Origin: an uncultured Hyphomicrobiales bacterium
GTDB lineage: Bacteria; Pseudomonadota; Alphaproteobacteria; Puniceispirillales; UBA1172
DNA: 52,335 bases
Reading direction: 5' to 3'
NCBI GenBank assembly: GCA_964399415.1
Contig: CAYNQW010000001.1
Location: forward strand, 1 to 52,335
The translations under genes and the position numbers were made by a program. The notes beneath the pieces were generated by a model. It saw only the letters and a program-made list of their open reading frames with translations. It ran no database searches and had not been told where the DNA came from. Positions 18,979 through 27,961 of the stretch are shown here, in pieces (position 1 is the first letter of the stretch; every line of letters starts with the position of its first letter).

Positions 18979-19009
18979 CCTAAGATTTCAAATTCCTAAG
19001 TTTTCAAAT
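18979..19009 (-). repeat. tandem 16-bp direct repeat, 2 copies (CCTAAGATTTCAAAT t CCTAAGTTTTCAAAT)
   Basis: Read directly on the + strand. One mismatch between copies. Located in the 170-bp gap between the AA_synth gene and the SBP gene. Confidence 0.7.
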
Positions 19010-19065
19010 CCTCCTTTGTGGGTTGGTCGTTGTCATGATGATGAATGCTAGACATGCTTTCTCCG

Positions 19066-19671
19066 TTAGACGCTAGCAGGGTTATCCAGATCAGCCCCTA
19101 TTGAGGCGAGATCAGAATATCGGTCACCAATGCGGTGATGGGGTCGGCCTCGTGTTGCGCCGCCAAAGGCTGCGATCAACTCATTGCCTGCCGGCGCATC
19201 AGCAATATGCATTTGCACCGTCAGATAATGGGATCGACGCCCACTATCATTTTTGTCCATAAGAGGGATATTAATTTGGGTGTTTGCTGGGCCACGCGTG
19301 TTGGTAAAGCCAAGATACGATTTTCCGCCAACAGCCTTTCGGAAAAAATTGCCGAAATGAAGCGTGTGAATCAAAGCCGAGCCATGTTCAAGTTCACCGT
19401 CAATTCCAGACATTGATGCTTTGCCAAAAGCTTCAATATTCTCACCAGAACCACCCGCAAGATTGAGCATTTCTTCGGTTAACTTTTCTCCCAAAATAGG
19501 ACCAAACATTTTTATTTCCGGCATCAAGTCTTCAACATATCCGCGCCCAGCCCAAGGATTGCGAACAACCGCTGCCGCCCCGAAAATTTCAAGCGGCGGT
19601 GACGATTCTTTTTCCCCGTCAACAAGCACGATCTCTTTATAGGTTACAATTTTCCGAATAATCAGTTCCAT
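19066..19671 (-). CDS. amino acid synthesis family protein (AA_synth / DUF1185), function unknown
   Basis: 201 aa. The N-terminal pattern IRKIVTY.E......G.......L...AA.AVV.NPWAGRGYVEDL matches my memory of this family. Confidence 0.7.
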   Translation of the reverse strand: MELIIRKIVTYKEIVLVDGEKESSPPLEIFGAAAVVRNPWAGRGYVEDLMPEIKMFGPILGEKLTEEMLNLAGGSGENIEAFGKASMSGIDGELEHGSALIHTLHFGNFFRKAVGGKSYLGFTNTRGPANTQINIPLMDKNDSGRRSHYLTVQMHIADAPAGNELIAAFGGATRGRPHHRIGDRYSDLASIGADLDNPASV

Positions 19672-19714
19672 GTCCTTCTTCCCTAAATGCTAAGTTTAGT
19701 TACTAACTTTACCG

Positions 19715-20539
19715 TCAAGCATGCCCATCACTTTTTGCGAGAGGGGCGATAAACCTTACGAGGTGATCGTTGAAAATCTCCGGCGCTTCCATCATGGCCA
19801 TATGCCTCAATCCTTTAAGAACAACCAACTCTGCCCCTTTAATTTCACCAGCAATGGCGGCGCTCATGGCCGGGTGATTGCCAAAATCTTCATCCCCGGT
19901 CATGACCAGCGTCGGCATGGCGATTGGCGGCGTTGGCGAAATTAACTCATCCACCCCGTCAACGAGCACTTGATAAATGGGCGGGTATATGGCGCGGTCA
20001 TTCGCCATCACCCAATTTTTGACCTGACCCATGACCGCGGGGGCTTTGGTGCGAAAATCTTCGGTGAACCATCGTTCAATGGCGGCATCAACCGTTGCTT
20101 GAGGGCCGTGTTCTTCGGCTTGATAGACTCTCTGCTGGATGGCGTTATGTTCGTTGATTGTTCGTTGATGGGGGGAGTGCAACACCGCAAGCCCTGAAAG
20201 TTTTTCCGGCGCATCCATGGCGATCCGCCGAGCGATCATCCCGCCCAAAGAAAATCCTGCAACAATGATGCGTGGATAACCAAACTCATCCGCAACCTTT
20301 ATGGCCTGATCCGCAAAAAGGCTTAGAGATGGGGTTTCAGGCGGGGGTGGTGACGCGCCATGCCCGTATAGGTCATAAGTGATCACCGGCCCATATTCAG
20401 CAAGGGCATCAATCTGGGCGGCCCACATATCCTGATTAAGCCCAAGGCCATGGATGAGGAGAACAGGCATCCCTGTTTTGCCGCTATCATAAAGACGGCA
20501 TGACGTGCCATCTTTTGCTTTGCTTGCCTTGAATGCCAT
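19715..20539 (-). CDS. alpha/beta-fold hydrolase (3-oxoadipate enol-lactonase-like)
   Basis: HGLG oxyanion motif, nucleophile elbow GFSLGG, C-terminal GLRHMA histidine. The start at 20539 shares one base with the RidA stop (TGATG). The track ORF extends to 20560. Confidence 0.85.
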   Translation of the reverse strand: MAFKASKAKDGTSCRLYDSGKTGMPVLLIHGLGLNQDMWAAQIDALAEYGPVITYDLYGHGASPPPPETPSLSLFADQAIKVADEFGYPRIIVAGFSLGGMIARRIAMDAPEKLSGLAVLHSPHQRTINEHNAIQQRVYQAEEHGPQATVDAAIERWFTEDFRTKAPAVMGQVKNWVMANDRAIYPPIYQVLVDGVDELISPTPPIAMPTLVMTGDEDFGNHPAMSAAIAGEIKGAELVVLKGLRHMAMMEAPEIFNDHLVRFIAPLAKSDGHA

Positions 20540-20928
20540 CAATTGTTTTCCGATTTCCATGCCACCACTTCAACTTCAACCTTAACGTCTACAAGCAGAT
20601 CGCTGATCACCGCAGAACGCGCCGGCGGTTCCTCAGGGAAATATTCTGCATAGACTGAATTAAACCCCGGAAAATCATCGCGTGAGGTCAGCCAAACCAT
20701 GGCTTTAACGACGTCTGCCATCTCGCAATTGGCCAGCGCAAGCGTTGCCTTGATATCCTCAAGAACTGCACGGGTCTGATCTTCAATCGATCCATCGGTC
20801 ATGACCTGACCATCCTTCATCGGCACCTGACCCGTGAGATAAACAAAATCGCCGGCTCGAACCGCTCGCGAAAGCGATAGTTTCCGCCCATTAATAACAA
20901 GTGGCTCGCCGATGACCGTCTTGACCAT
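20539..20928 (-). CDS. RidA/YjgF family enamine-imine deaminase
   Basis: 129 aa. The blocks FVYLTGQVP, TRAVLEDIKATL and PARSAV...LLVDVKVEVEVVA are typical of the YjgF fold. Confidence 0.88.
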   Translation of the reverse strand: MVKTVIGEPLVINGRKLSLSRAVRAGDFVYLTGQVPMKDGQVMTDGSIEDQTRAVLEDIKATLALANCEMADVVKAMVWLTSRDDFPGFNSVYAEYFPEEPPARSAVISDLLVDVKVEVEVVAWKSENN

Positions 20929-21104
20929 AATTTGCCCTTCTCTTGATCGTTCACTGTTTAGGCTGATCTACTCTGAAGCCGTGCATTTGCAATTTTTCGG
21001 CATAAGATGACTAAAATTTTAAGTCTCTGCGCGTGTAACATCCTAGGCTTAACATCAGACATGTGTGATCATGCATGAATGAAACCGGATGGAAGGAACA
21101 CCAA

Positions 21105-22589
21105 ATGTCAGACCTCATTGATTATAAAATGTTCATCAATGGCGAATGGATGGACTCAAGCGATGGCAAACGTTTTGAGAGCATTAACCCGGCAACGGAA
21201 CAGCCATGGTGTACGGTGCCCGAAGCAACCGCAGATGACATTAATCGCGCGGTTGAAACAGCCCATCAAGCGTTCACATCCGGCGAATGGGCAAGCCTAA
21301 CCCCGACCGCCCGAGGAAAATATTTGCGCCGCCTTGCCGAACTTCTTGACCAGAAATCCGAACATCTTGGCCGTATTGAGACAATAGACACCGGTAAAAT
21401 GCTCAAAGAAACACGATGGCAGGCCAAATATATCGCAGAGTTTTTTCATTTTTATGCTGGATGTGCCGACAAGATCAGCGGCCAAACCTTGCCCATCGAC
21501 AAGCCTGATATGCTGACCATGACCCTCCGAGAACCACTTGGGGTTGTGGCCGCGGTCGTGCCTTGGAATTCACAATTGTTTCTTGTTGCCGTGAAGATTG
21601 GCCCCGCACTTGCCGCAGGCAATACGGTGGTGCTGAAAGCATCCGAACACGCGTCAGCCGCCATGCTTGAATTTGGTAAAATTATTGAGGAGGCTGGCTT
21701 TCCGAAAGGCGTGGTGAATATTGTCACTGGCCATGCTGACCCTTGCGGTAAGGTGCTGACCTCTCACCCGCTGGTTCAGCGGATCAGTTTTACCGGCGGC
21801 ACCAGCGCGGCAAAACATGTGGTGCGCAATTCCGCAGAGAATTTTGCTCAAGTATCGCTTGAATTGGGCGGCAAATCACCCTTCATCGTTTTTGGTGATG
21901 CCAATATCGAAAGCGCCGTGAATGGATCAATCGCCGGTATTTTTGGCGCAAGCGGACAGAGCTGTGTTGCTGGCTCAAGGCTGTATTTGCACAACAGCAT
22001 CGCTGATGAATTTCTTGACCGGATGCTGACACAAGCAAAGCAAATTCGCATCGGCGATCCTCTTGAAGAAGACACACAGATGGGCCCGCTTGCCACCAGC
22101 GCGCAGATCGATCATATCGAACGGCAAGTCAAACTGGCGCAAGAAGAAGGCGGAACCGTGCTGACCGGCGGCAAGCGTCCTAAGATGCCGAATGCCGGCT
22201 GGTATTATGAACCCACCATCATCGAATGCCCTCGCCAAGACATGACCATTGTGGATACCGAATTGTTTGGCCCGGTGCTAAGCGTGTTGCGCTTTGACGA
22301 AGAAGATCAAGTCACCACCCTTGCCAATGACAGTAAATTTGGCTTGGCGGCGGGAGTCTTTACCAAAGACAGCGCCCGCGCGCTCCGAATGACAAAATCA
22401 TTGCGGGCGGGCATCGTTTGGGTGAACACTTACCGTGTTGTTTCACCCATCGCTGAATTCGGTGGCTTCAAAGAATCTGGCTATGGCCGCGAAAGCGGTA
22501 TGCAGGCTATTTACGATTACACCAGACCCAAAACAGCATGGATCAATATTTCTGATGAACCCATGGCTAATCCCTTTGTGATGCGCTAA
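21105..22589 (+). CDS. NAD(P)-dependent aldehyde dehydrogenase
   Basis: Catalytic blocks ELGGKSP and GQSCVAGSR. The ATG at 21105 is preceded by GGAAGGA. The track ORF starts at 21075. Confidence 0.92.
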   Translation: MSDLIDYKMFINGEWMDSSDGKRFESINPATEQPWCTVPEATADDINRAVETAHQAFTSGEWASLTPTARGKYLRRLAELLDQKSEHLGRIETIDTGKMLKETRWQAKYIAEFFHFYAGCADKISGQTLPIDKPDMLTMTLREPLGVVAAVVPWNSQLFLVAVKIGPALAAGNTVVLKASEHASAAMLEFGKIIEEAGFPKGVVNIVTGHADPCGKVLTSHPLVQRISFTGGTSAAKHVVRNSAENFAQVSLELGGKSPFIVFGDANIESAVNGSIAGIFGASGQSCVAGSRLYLHNSIADEFLDRMLTQAKQIRIGDPLEEDTQMGPLATSAQIDHIERQVKLAQEEGGTVLTGGKRPKMPNAGWYYEPTIIECPRQDMTIVDTELFGPVLSVLRFDEEDQVTTLANDSKFGLAAGVFTKDSARALRMTKSLRAGIVWVNTYRVVSPIAEFGGFKESGYGRESGMQAIYDYTRPKTAWINISDEPMANPFVMR

Positions 22590-24679
22590 TCGTTGAGGGT
22601 TATCACCGCATCAACAGCAACAACCCCATCTTCCAGAATAAAGAGAGGATTGATCTCAATCAGGTCAATCCTCTCATCAACCATAATCATTTCAGCGAGA
22701 TCATGGATGGCGGTTATGATAGCGGCGCGATCACCGGCTGTAGCCCCGCGATAACCGTCGATGATGCGGCTGACCGTGAGACTGCGGATGGCGCGGTCAA
22801 TTTCCTCTCGGCCAGCCGGAAGGATAAGCGTTGTCGCTTCTTCAAGAATTTCCACAAGCACGCCGCCGCTCGCGATGGTAAGCAGAATCCCAAAAATAGG
22901 ATCACGCCGGAGGCTGACCATGAGTTCCGCCACCACGCCAGAGACCATTTTTTCGATCAGAAACCCTTTTTGCCTCGCCTTGGGGGCAAGGCGGCTGACG
23001 TCTTCCTTGATGCGCTGAACAGATCGCTCCAGCATCTCGCGATCCGTGATGTTCAAAACAACCGCGCCCATCTCCGATTTATGGGGAAGGTCGGGGCTGA
23101 CCATTTTGACGGCAAGGGGATAGCCCAGCGCATGGGGAAGTTCTAGCGGCAAATCACCTTCAGTAAAGAGGTTTTCAGGGATAGCAACGCCTGCCGCCGA
23201 CAGCATTTTTTTGGCTTCAACTTCATCAAGCGATACAGCCTTGGCGTTATCTTGCCGAGACGCAAGATGAAGCGGCGGTGGGGGCGATGCTAGGATTTCC
23301 TGCCTTCGCTTACCATATTTAACCGCAGAGGCGATGGATTTGACGCAATCGCCAATCCCCTGCATCGGCGCGATCCCATGTTCAATCAGAAAATCCCGGG
23401 TTTCGACATCCAGATTCTCTGCAATCGTGCTGCACACCGCGCCCGGGATGCCATGCGTCTTTGCGGCATTGAGAAAACTGATGGAATCATTGCGGTAATA
23501 TGGCTTGCTTTCATCCAGCCCTGCCGCCGGATAATCTTGAACAATCACCGTTACATCATATCCGTCATCAAACATGGCGCTGAACACCGGCTCGGTCTTC
23601 TCCGGCATGCCCCAGATCGGGGTGGTGTAGTCCAGCGGGTTTGAAACCGTGGCGGTAAGCGGCAACATCTCCCGCAACCTTTTACCAGCGGCAACGCTTG
23701 GACGCGGCAATTCTAGGCCTAGTTTTTCAGCATTATCCGCCAGCATCGTGGCACCGCCACCAGAACAAGCGAGACCCGCAAGAGCCGCACCAGAAGGGAT
23801 GCCGCTTACCGTGATGAATTTAAGGGTTTCAAGCAGGAGAGACGGCTCATCCACTCGGATGATCCCAAGCCGATCAAACAACGCATCATAAACCTCATCC
23901 GTTCCCGACAGTGACCCCGTATGGCTGATGGTAAGTTCACTTCCAATCCGAGACGTGCCTGTTTTCAGCGCAACGATAGGAATGTTGTTTTCAAGGGCTT
24001 TCAACGCCGCGGCCTCAAAAAGCCTGCTGTCTCGGATCCCCTCCACATGCAAGCCGATGGCACTGACTTCCGGCATCTCTGCAAAACAGTCGATGAAATC
24101 ATCTATCTTAAGCACCGCCTGATTGCCCAGCGACACCATATAACTCATAGGAAGAGACCGCTGAGCCATGGTCAAATCCGAGGATAACATCCCACTCTGG
24201 GTGATGATCGCCGCCCCGCGACCCGTAAACTTGCCGCCATGGGCAAAAGGCCAAAGCGCGACCTTATCGCGGTAATTGATCACGCCATAACAGTTAGGGC
24301 CGACCAGCGCCATATCCCCCGCCGCTTGGATCAATTCGGTTTCATAGGCGGCTCCGTCATCACCAATTTCACCAAAGCCTGCCGTGTAACAGACCGCTCC
24401 GCCTGCTCCCATTTGGTTTAATGTTCTTAGGCTTGCGATCGCCTGCTCCCTCGGAACCGCCACAAAGACGGCATCGGGGGCTTCGGGCAAATCTTCGATA
24501 CTCTTGAAACAAGGAAAGCCGCCGATGCTCTCACGTTTAGGATTCACCGGCCAAAACGGACCATCATATCCAATCCGTTTGCATTCTCCGGCAACCACCT
24601 CAGCATCACGCCCCCCAAGAACCGCAATATGCCGGGGACGAAGCAGCCTTAGCAGGTTATGGGCGCGGGACTCGCTCAT
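22586..24679 (-). CDS. ADP-forming acyl-CoA synthetase (CoA-binding + ATP-grasp fusion); candidate gamma-butyrobetaine/carnitine-CoA ligase
   Basis: N-terminal CoA-binding IAVLGG and succinyl-CoA-synthetase-like domains. C-terminal ATP-grasp GYPLAVKMVSPDLPHKSEMGAV. The start at 24679 forms an ATGA overlap with the acyl-CoA dehydrogenase stop. Confidence 0.85.
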   Translation of the reverse strand: MSESRAHNLLRLLRPRHIAVLGGRDAEVVAGECKRIGYDGPFWPVNPKRESIGGFPCFKSIEDLPEAPDAVFVAVPREQAIASLRTLNQMGAGGAVCYTAGFGEIGDDGAAYETELIQAAGDMALVGPNCYGVINYRDKVALWPFAHGGKFTGRGAAIITQSGMLSSDLTMAQRSLPMSYMVSLGNQAVLKIDDFIDCFAEMPEVSAIGLHVEGIRDSRLFEAAALKALENNIPIVALKTGTSRIGSELTISHTGSLSGTDEVYDALFDRLGIIRVDEPSLLLETLKFITVSGIPSGAALAGLACSGGGATMLADNAEKLGLELPRPSVAAGKRLREMLPLTATVSNPLDYTTPIWGMPEKTEPVFSAMFDDGYDVTVIVQDYPAAGLDESKPYYRNDSISFLNAAKTHGIPGAVCSTIAENLDVETRDFLIEHGIAPMQGIGDCVKSIASAVKYGKRRQEILASPPPPLHLASRQDNAKAVSLDEVEAKKMLSAAGVAIPENLFTEGDLPLELPHALGYPLAVKMVSPDLPHKSEMGAVVLNITDREMLERSVQRIKEDVSRLAPKARQKGFLIEKMVSGVVAELMVSLRRDPIFGILLTIASGGVLVEILEEATTLILPAGREEIDRAIRSLTVSRIIDGYRGATAGDRAAIITAIHDLAEMIMVDERIDLIEINPLFILEDGVVAVDAVITLND

Positions 24680-25836
24680 GCTCCCAGCGGGCGAAGAATA
24701 GAACGGGTAATGATATGACGCTGAATTTCTGACGTTCCATCCCAAATCCGCTCAAGACGGGAATCTCGCCAAAGACGGTGGATCGGCATTTCTTCCATCA
24801 GCCCCATCCCGCCAAAAATCTGCACCGTATCATCGGCTGTCTTGCAAAGCATTTCCGAACAATAGAGTTTAACCATGGCGGCATCGCTATCCGACATCAC
24901 GCCGGCATTAGCCTTTTCGATGGCGTCCTTGACCAGCAGTTTACCGGCACGAAGCCCCACCGCCATATCGGCAAGTTTGAAACCTGTTGCCTGAAACCTG
25001 CCGATGGGCTGATTAAACTGCTTCCGATTTGCCGCCCAATCGCAGGCCATTTGGTAAATTCGATCAGCCTTGCCGCAGCAGGTTGCGCCGACCCAAATTC
25101 TCCCCATGCCAAGCCACTTGCCCGACAGGTCAAGCCCTTTGCCCTCTTCGCCAAGGATATGCGCATCGCTGAGCCGCACATCGTTAAAATCCAGACGGAA
25201 ATTAAGATAGCCACGATAACTTGTGCAATTGTATCCAATGCTGACATCAAAGCCTTTCATCCCCACATCAACCAGAAAAGCCGTAATTCTTGGCCGCTTG
25301 CCATGGGCGGTTTCATCATGGCCTGTCACGGCGAATACAATCGCAAAATCCGGCATCACTGGACCTGAGATAAAATGCTTTGAGCCATTGAGAATCCAAT
25401 CCGCGCCATCACGTTTGGCGTTGGTTTTCATGGACATAATATCTGAACCTGCTTCTGGTTCGCTCAGCCCAAAGAGCTCACGCTTATCGCCTTTGACGCA
25501 GGGCAGAAGATATTGCTCGCGTTGATCACCTTCAGTTGCCAATAAAATTTCCGTAGGCCGAGCCACCCATGAATGAAGAGCATGGGACGTCTTACCAAAC
25601 TCATATTCAATAATTGCCATCTGCTCATAATCAAGCCCGCCTCCGCCAATCTCTGACGGGAGGTTTGCCGCAAAAAGCCCGACTTCCTTTGACCGCGCTT
25701 CAATCTGACGACCCAGTTCAATCGGCACTTGCGCGTCTCTGTCGACCTGCTCTTCATGGGGGAAGATTTCTTCTTCCATGAACCGGCGAACGGTTTCCGC
25801 TAAGAGTTGGTTTTCATGGTTGAGATGATCTAGCAT
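24676..25836 (-). CDS. acyl-CoA dehydrogenase; candidate gamma-butyrobetainyl-CoA dehydrogenase
   Basis: 386 aa. Blocks LSEPEAGSD and GGMG, and the C-terminal catalytic region RIWDGTSEIQRHII. Confidence 0.9.
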   Translation of the reverse strand: MLDHLNHENQLLAETVRRFMEEEIFPHEEQVDRDAQVPIELGRQIEARSKEVGLFAANLPSEIGGGGLDYEQMAIIEYEFGKTSHALHSWVARPTEILLATEGDQREQYLLPCVKGDKRELFGLSEPEAGSDIMSMKTNAKRDGADWILNGSKHFISGPVMPDFAIVFAVTGHDETAHGKRPRITAFLVDVGMKGFDVSIGYNCTSYRGYLNFRLDFNDVRLSDAHILGEEGKGLDLSGKWLGMGRIWVGATCCGKADRIYQMACDWAANRKQFNQPIGRFQATGFKLADMAVGLRAGKLLVKDAIEKANAGVMSDSDAAMVKLYCSEMLCKTADDTVQIFGGMGLMEEMPIHRLWRDSRLERIWDGTSEIQRHIITRSILRPLGA

Positions 25837-25846
25837 GGTGATGCTC

Positions 25847-26749
25847 CTAAGCCTGCTTTATGAGGCCAAGTTTTTCTCTGGCTTCCGCCGGTGTCAGCAC
25901 ACGCCCACCCATCCGATCAATGATTTCAACCGCCCGTTCGACCAATTGTGCGTTTGTTGCCAACACCCCACGGTCAAGATAGATGTTATCTTCAAGGCCA
26001 ACACGCACATTGCCGCCCATGGCCACGGCAGCGGCCGCCATTGGCATTTGCATCCGCGATATTCCAAACGATGCCCAAGACGCGTTCGCGGGCAATTCAT
26101 CTTTCATCACCTTCATTGTGTCGACAGACTGATCCGCCCCCCATGGAATCCCCAAGCAGATCTGGAACATTGGCGGCTCATTAATCAAGCCTTCGGCAAT
26201 CATCTGCTTTGCAAAGCGGATATGGCCGAGTTCAAATACTTCCAGTTCAGGTTTAACCCCAAGGCTTTGAACAATCTCTGCCATCTTGCGTAAATATGGC
26301 GGCGTTGAGATGTAAATTTCATTTCCGTTGCCAAAATTCATCGTCCCGCAATCCAAACTACAGATTTCAGGTTTGATTTCGATCACATGGGCAAGGCGCT
26401 CTTCAGGGCCGATCATATCTGTTCCCGGGCCACATATCGCTGGGTTGTCATCACTTGGCACCCAGTCTCCTCCCATGCCTGCCGTCAAATTGACCACGAC
26501 ATCCGTATCACTGGAACGAACGCGATCCACCGTTTCCTTGAACAACGCCACATCACGCGACCCTTTGCCGGTCTCGGGATCACGGACATGGATATGAGCC
26601 GCCGATGCCCCAGCCTTGGCCGCCTCAATCGCGGCATTGGCAATCTGTTCAGGTGTTACGGGAACATGCGGGCTTCGTCCGGTTGTATCCCCGGCGCCTG
26701 TTACCGCACAGGTAAGGATTACTTCGTAATTCATCAGCCTCTCCAACAA
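25847..26749 (-). CDS. cdhC: beta-keto acid cleavage enzyme (BKACE/DUF849); candidate dehydrocarnitine cleavage enzyme
   Basis: 300 aa TIM barrel with N-terminal LTCAVTGAG and [15 protein letters not shown]. Divergent from a CdhR-like regulator, in the same locus as an L-carnitine dehydrogenase. Confidence 0.8.
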   Translation of the reverse strand: MLERLMNYEVILTCAVTGAGDTTGRSPHVPVTPEQIANAAIEAAKAGASAAHIHVRDPETGKGSRDVALFKETVDRVRSSDTDVVVNLTAGMGGDWVPSDDNPAICGPGTDMIGPEERLAHVIEIKPEICSLDCGTMNFGNGNEIYISTPPYLRKMAEIVQSLGVKPELEVFELGHIRFAKQMIAEGLINEPPMFQICLGIPWGADQSVDTMKVMKDELPANASWASFGISRMQMPMAAAAVAMGGNVRVGLEDNIYLDRGVLATNAQLVERAVEIIDRMGGRVLTPAEAREKLGLIKQA

Positions 26750-26858
26750 TTAAGAGTTTTATCGACTATAATCATTCACCTCGCTGTTTTTTTCAGTTGT
26801 AAATTTTTCGCCAATAGATCAAATTTTTGGATAGATTTGATGTATAAGGGCTAATCTT

Positions 26859-27917
26859 ATGGTAAAGGCGGATTCTTCGGATAAAATCGCAAAAACCGAA
26901 CGAATTCAGTTTGTTCTTCTGCCCCGTTTCAATATGGCCACGCTGGCAACCATGATTGAGCCACTCCGTATCGCCAATTATATCGCGCCGTCGAATATCT
27001 ATAACTGGCGGTTAACATCGCTTTCAGGAGGGAAAACTCAGGCCAGCAATGGCATATCCATTGACTGTGAAGACCTTGATGCCGAAGCTGATTTAGCATC
27101 CTCAATCATTCTCTTGGGCAGCTGGGGCGCAGAAAGATATTCTGACGATAAACTGACAAACTGGTTAAGAAGCCAAGCGCGTCACGGCAAGGTGATGGTT
27201 GGGGTTGAAATCGGGGTCTATATCTTTGCCCGGGCGGGGTTGCTCACAAACAAAACAGCCACCACCCATTGGTCTCTTTTTGCTGGCTTTGCTGAAACTT
27301 TCCCCCAAGTTCATGCCATTGAGCAGATGTTTACCATCGACGGAAATATCAGAACCTGCGCTGGCGGCATGGCAGGGATTGATCTGATGCTGCACCATAT
27401 CGCGGAAACCCACGATGATGATCTGGCCAATGAAGTCGCAAAGCAAATGCTGCATCATTTCCGCGGTCATGAAAATATGCCTCAACGTCCGGCCAAAAAT
27501 AACACCGCCATTGATGTTCACCCCGTCATCAAGAAAGCCACCCTTCTTCTTGAAGGCCGGATCGAAGATAACATCACCATTCCTGAATTATGCGAACAAA
27601 TAGGAATCCCACAACGAAAACTAGAAAGACTCTTTAAGCGTTACATGGGATGCACCACCGTTCAGTTCTACCGGCTCCTGCGCTTACAATATGCCCGCAC
27701 GCTTCTGGTCAGCACGAATATGGAAATAAGGGAAATTTCAGTCGCATCGGGGTTTAATTCGATGTCCTATTTTTCCCACTGTTTCAGCAAAACATTTGGC
27801 CGCAAGCCAAGCCTTTATCGTCTGGCTTGGCCAGAGGAAGAGACTGTCCCGTCATGGCCTGGGACAATCTATGACTTCACCCATAGCGATAGGTTCCACA
27901 AAGACAAAACGAAATAG
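26859..27917 (+). CDS. cdhR: GlxA/GATase1-AraC family regulator (CdhR/GbdR-like)
   Basis: 352 aa. N-terminal DJ-1/PfpI-like domain. C-terminal AraC double HTH (KLERLFKRYMGCTTVQFY...ISVASGFNSMSYFSHCFSKTFGRKPS). Confidence 0.75.
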   Translation: MVKADSSDKIAKTERIQFVLLPRFNMATLATMIEPLRIANYIAPSNIYNWRLTSLSGGKTQASNGISIDCEDLDAEADLASSIILLGSWGAERYSDDKLTNWLRSQARHGKVMVGVEIGVYIFARAGLLTNKTATTHWSLFAGFAETFPQVHAIEQMFTIDGNIRTCAGGMAGIDLMLHHIAETHDDDLANEVAKQMLHHFRGHENMPQRPAKNNTAIDVHPVIKKATLLLEGRIEDNITIPELCEQIGIPQRKLERLFKRYMGCTTVQFYRLLRLQYARTLLVSTNMEIREISVASGFNSMSYFSHCFSKTFGRKPSLYRLAWPEEETVPSWPGTIYDFTHSDRFHKDKTK

Positions 27918-27961
27918 ATTTGCCGTCTCACCCTTGATTGCCCAAACAAGCATCAAGATTT

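Noticed and set aside
18979-19009. Tandem repeats as a CRISPR array or minisatellite
   Set aside because: There are only two 16-bp copies with no spacers and no cas genes. They are treated as a regulatory repeat instead.
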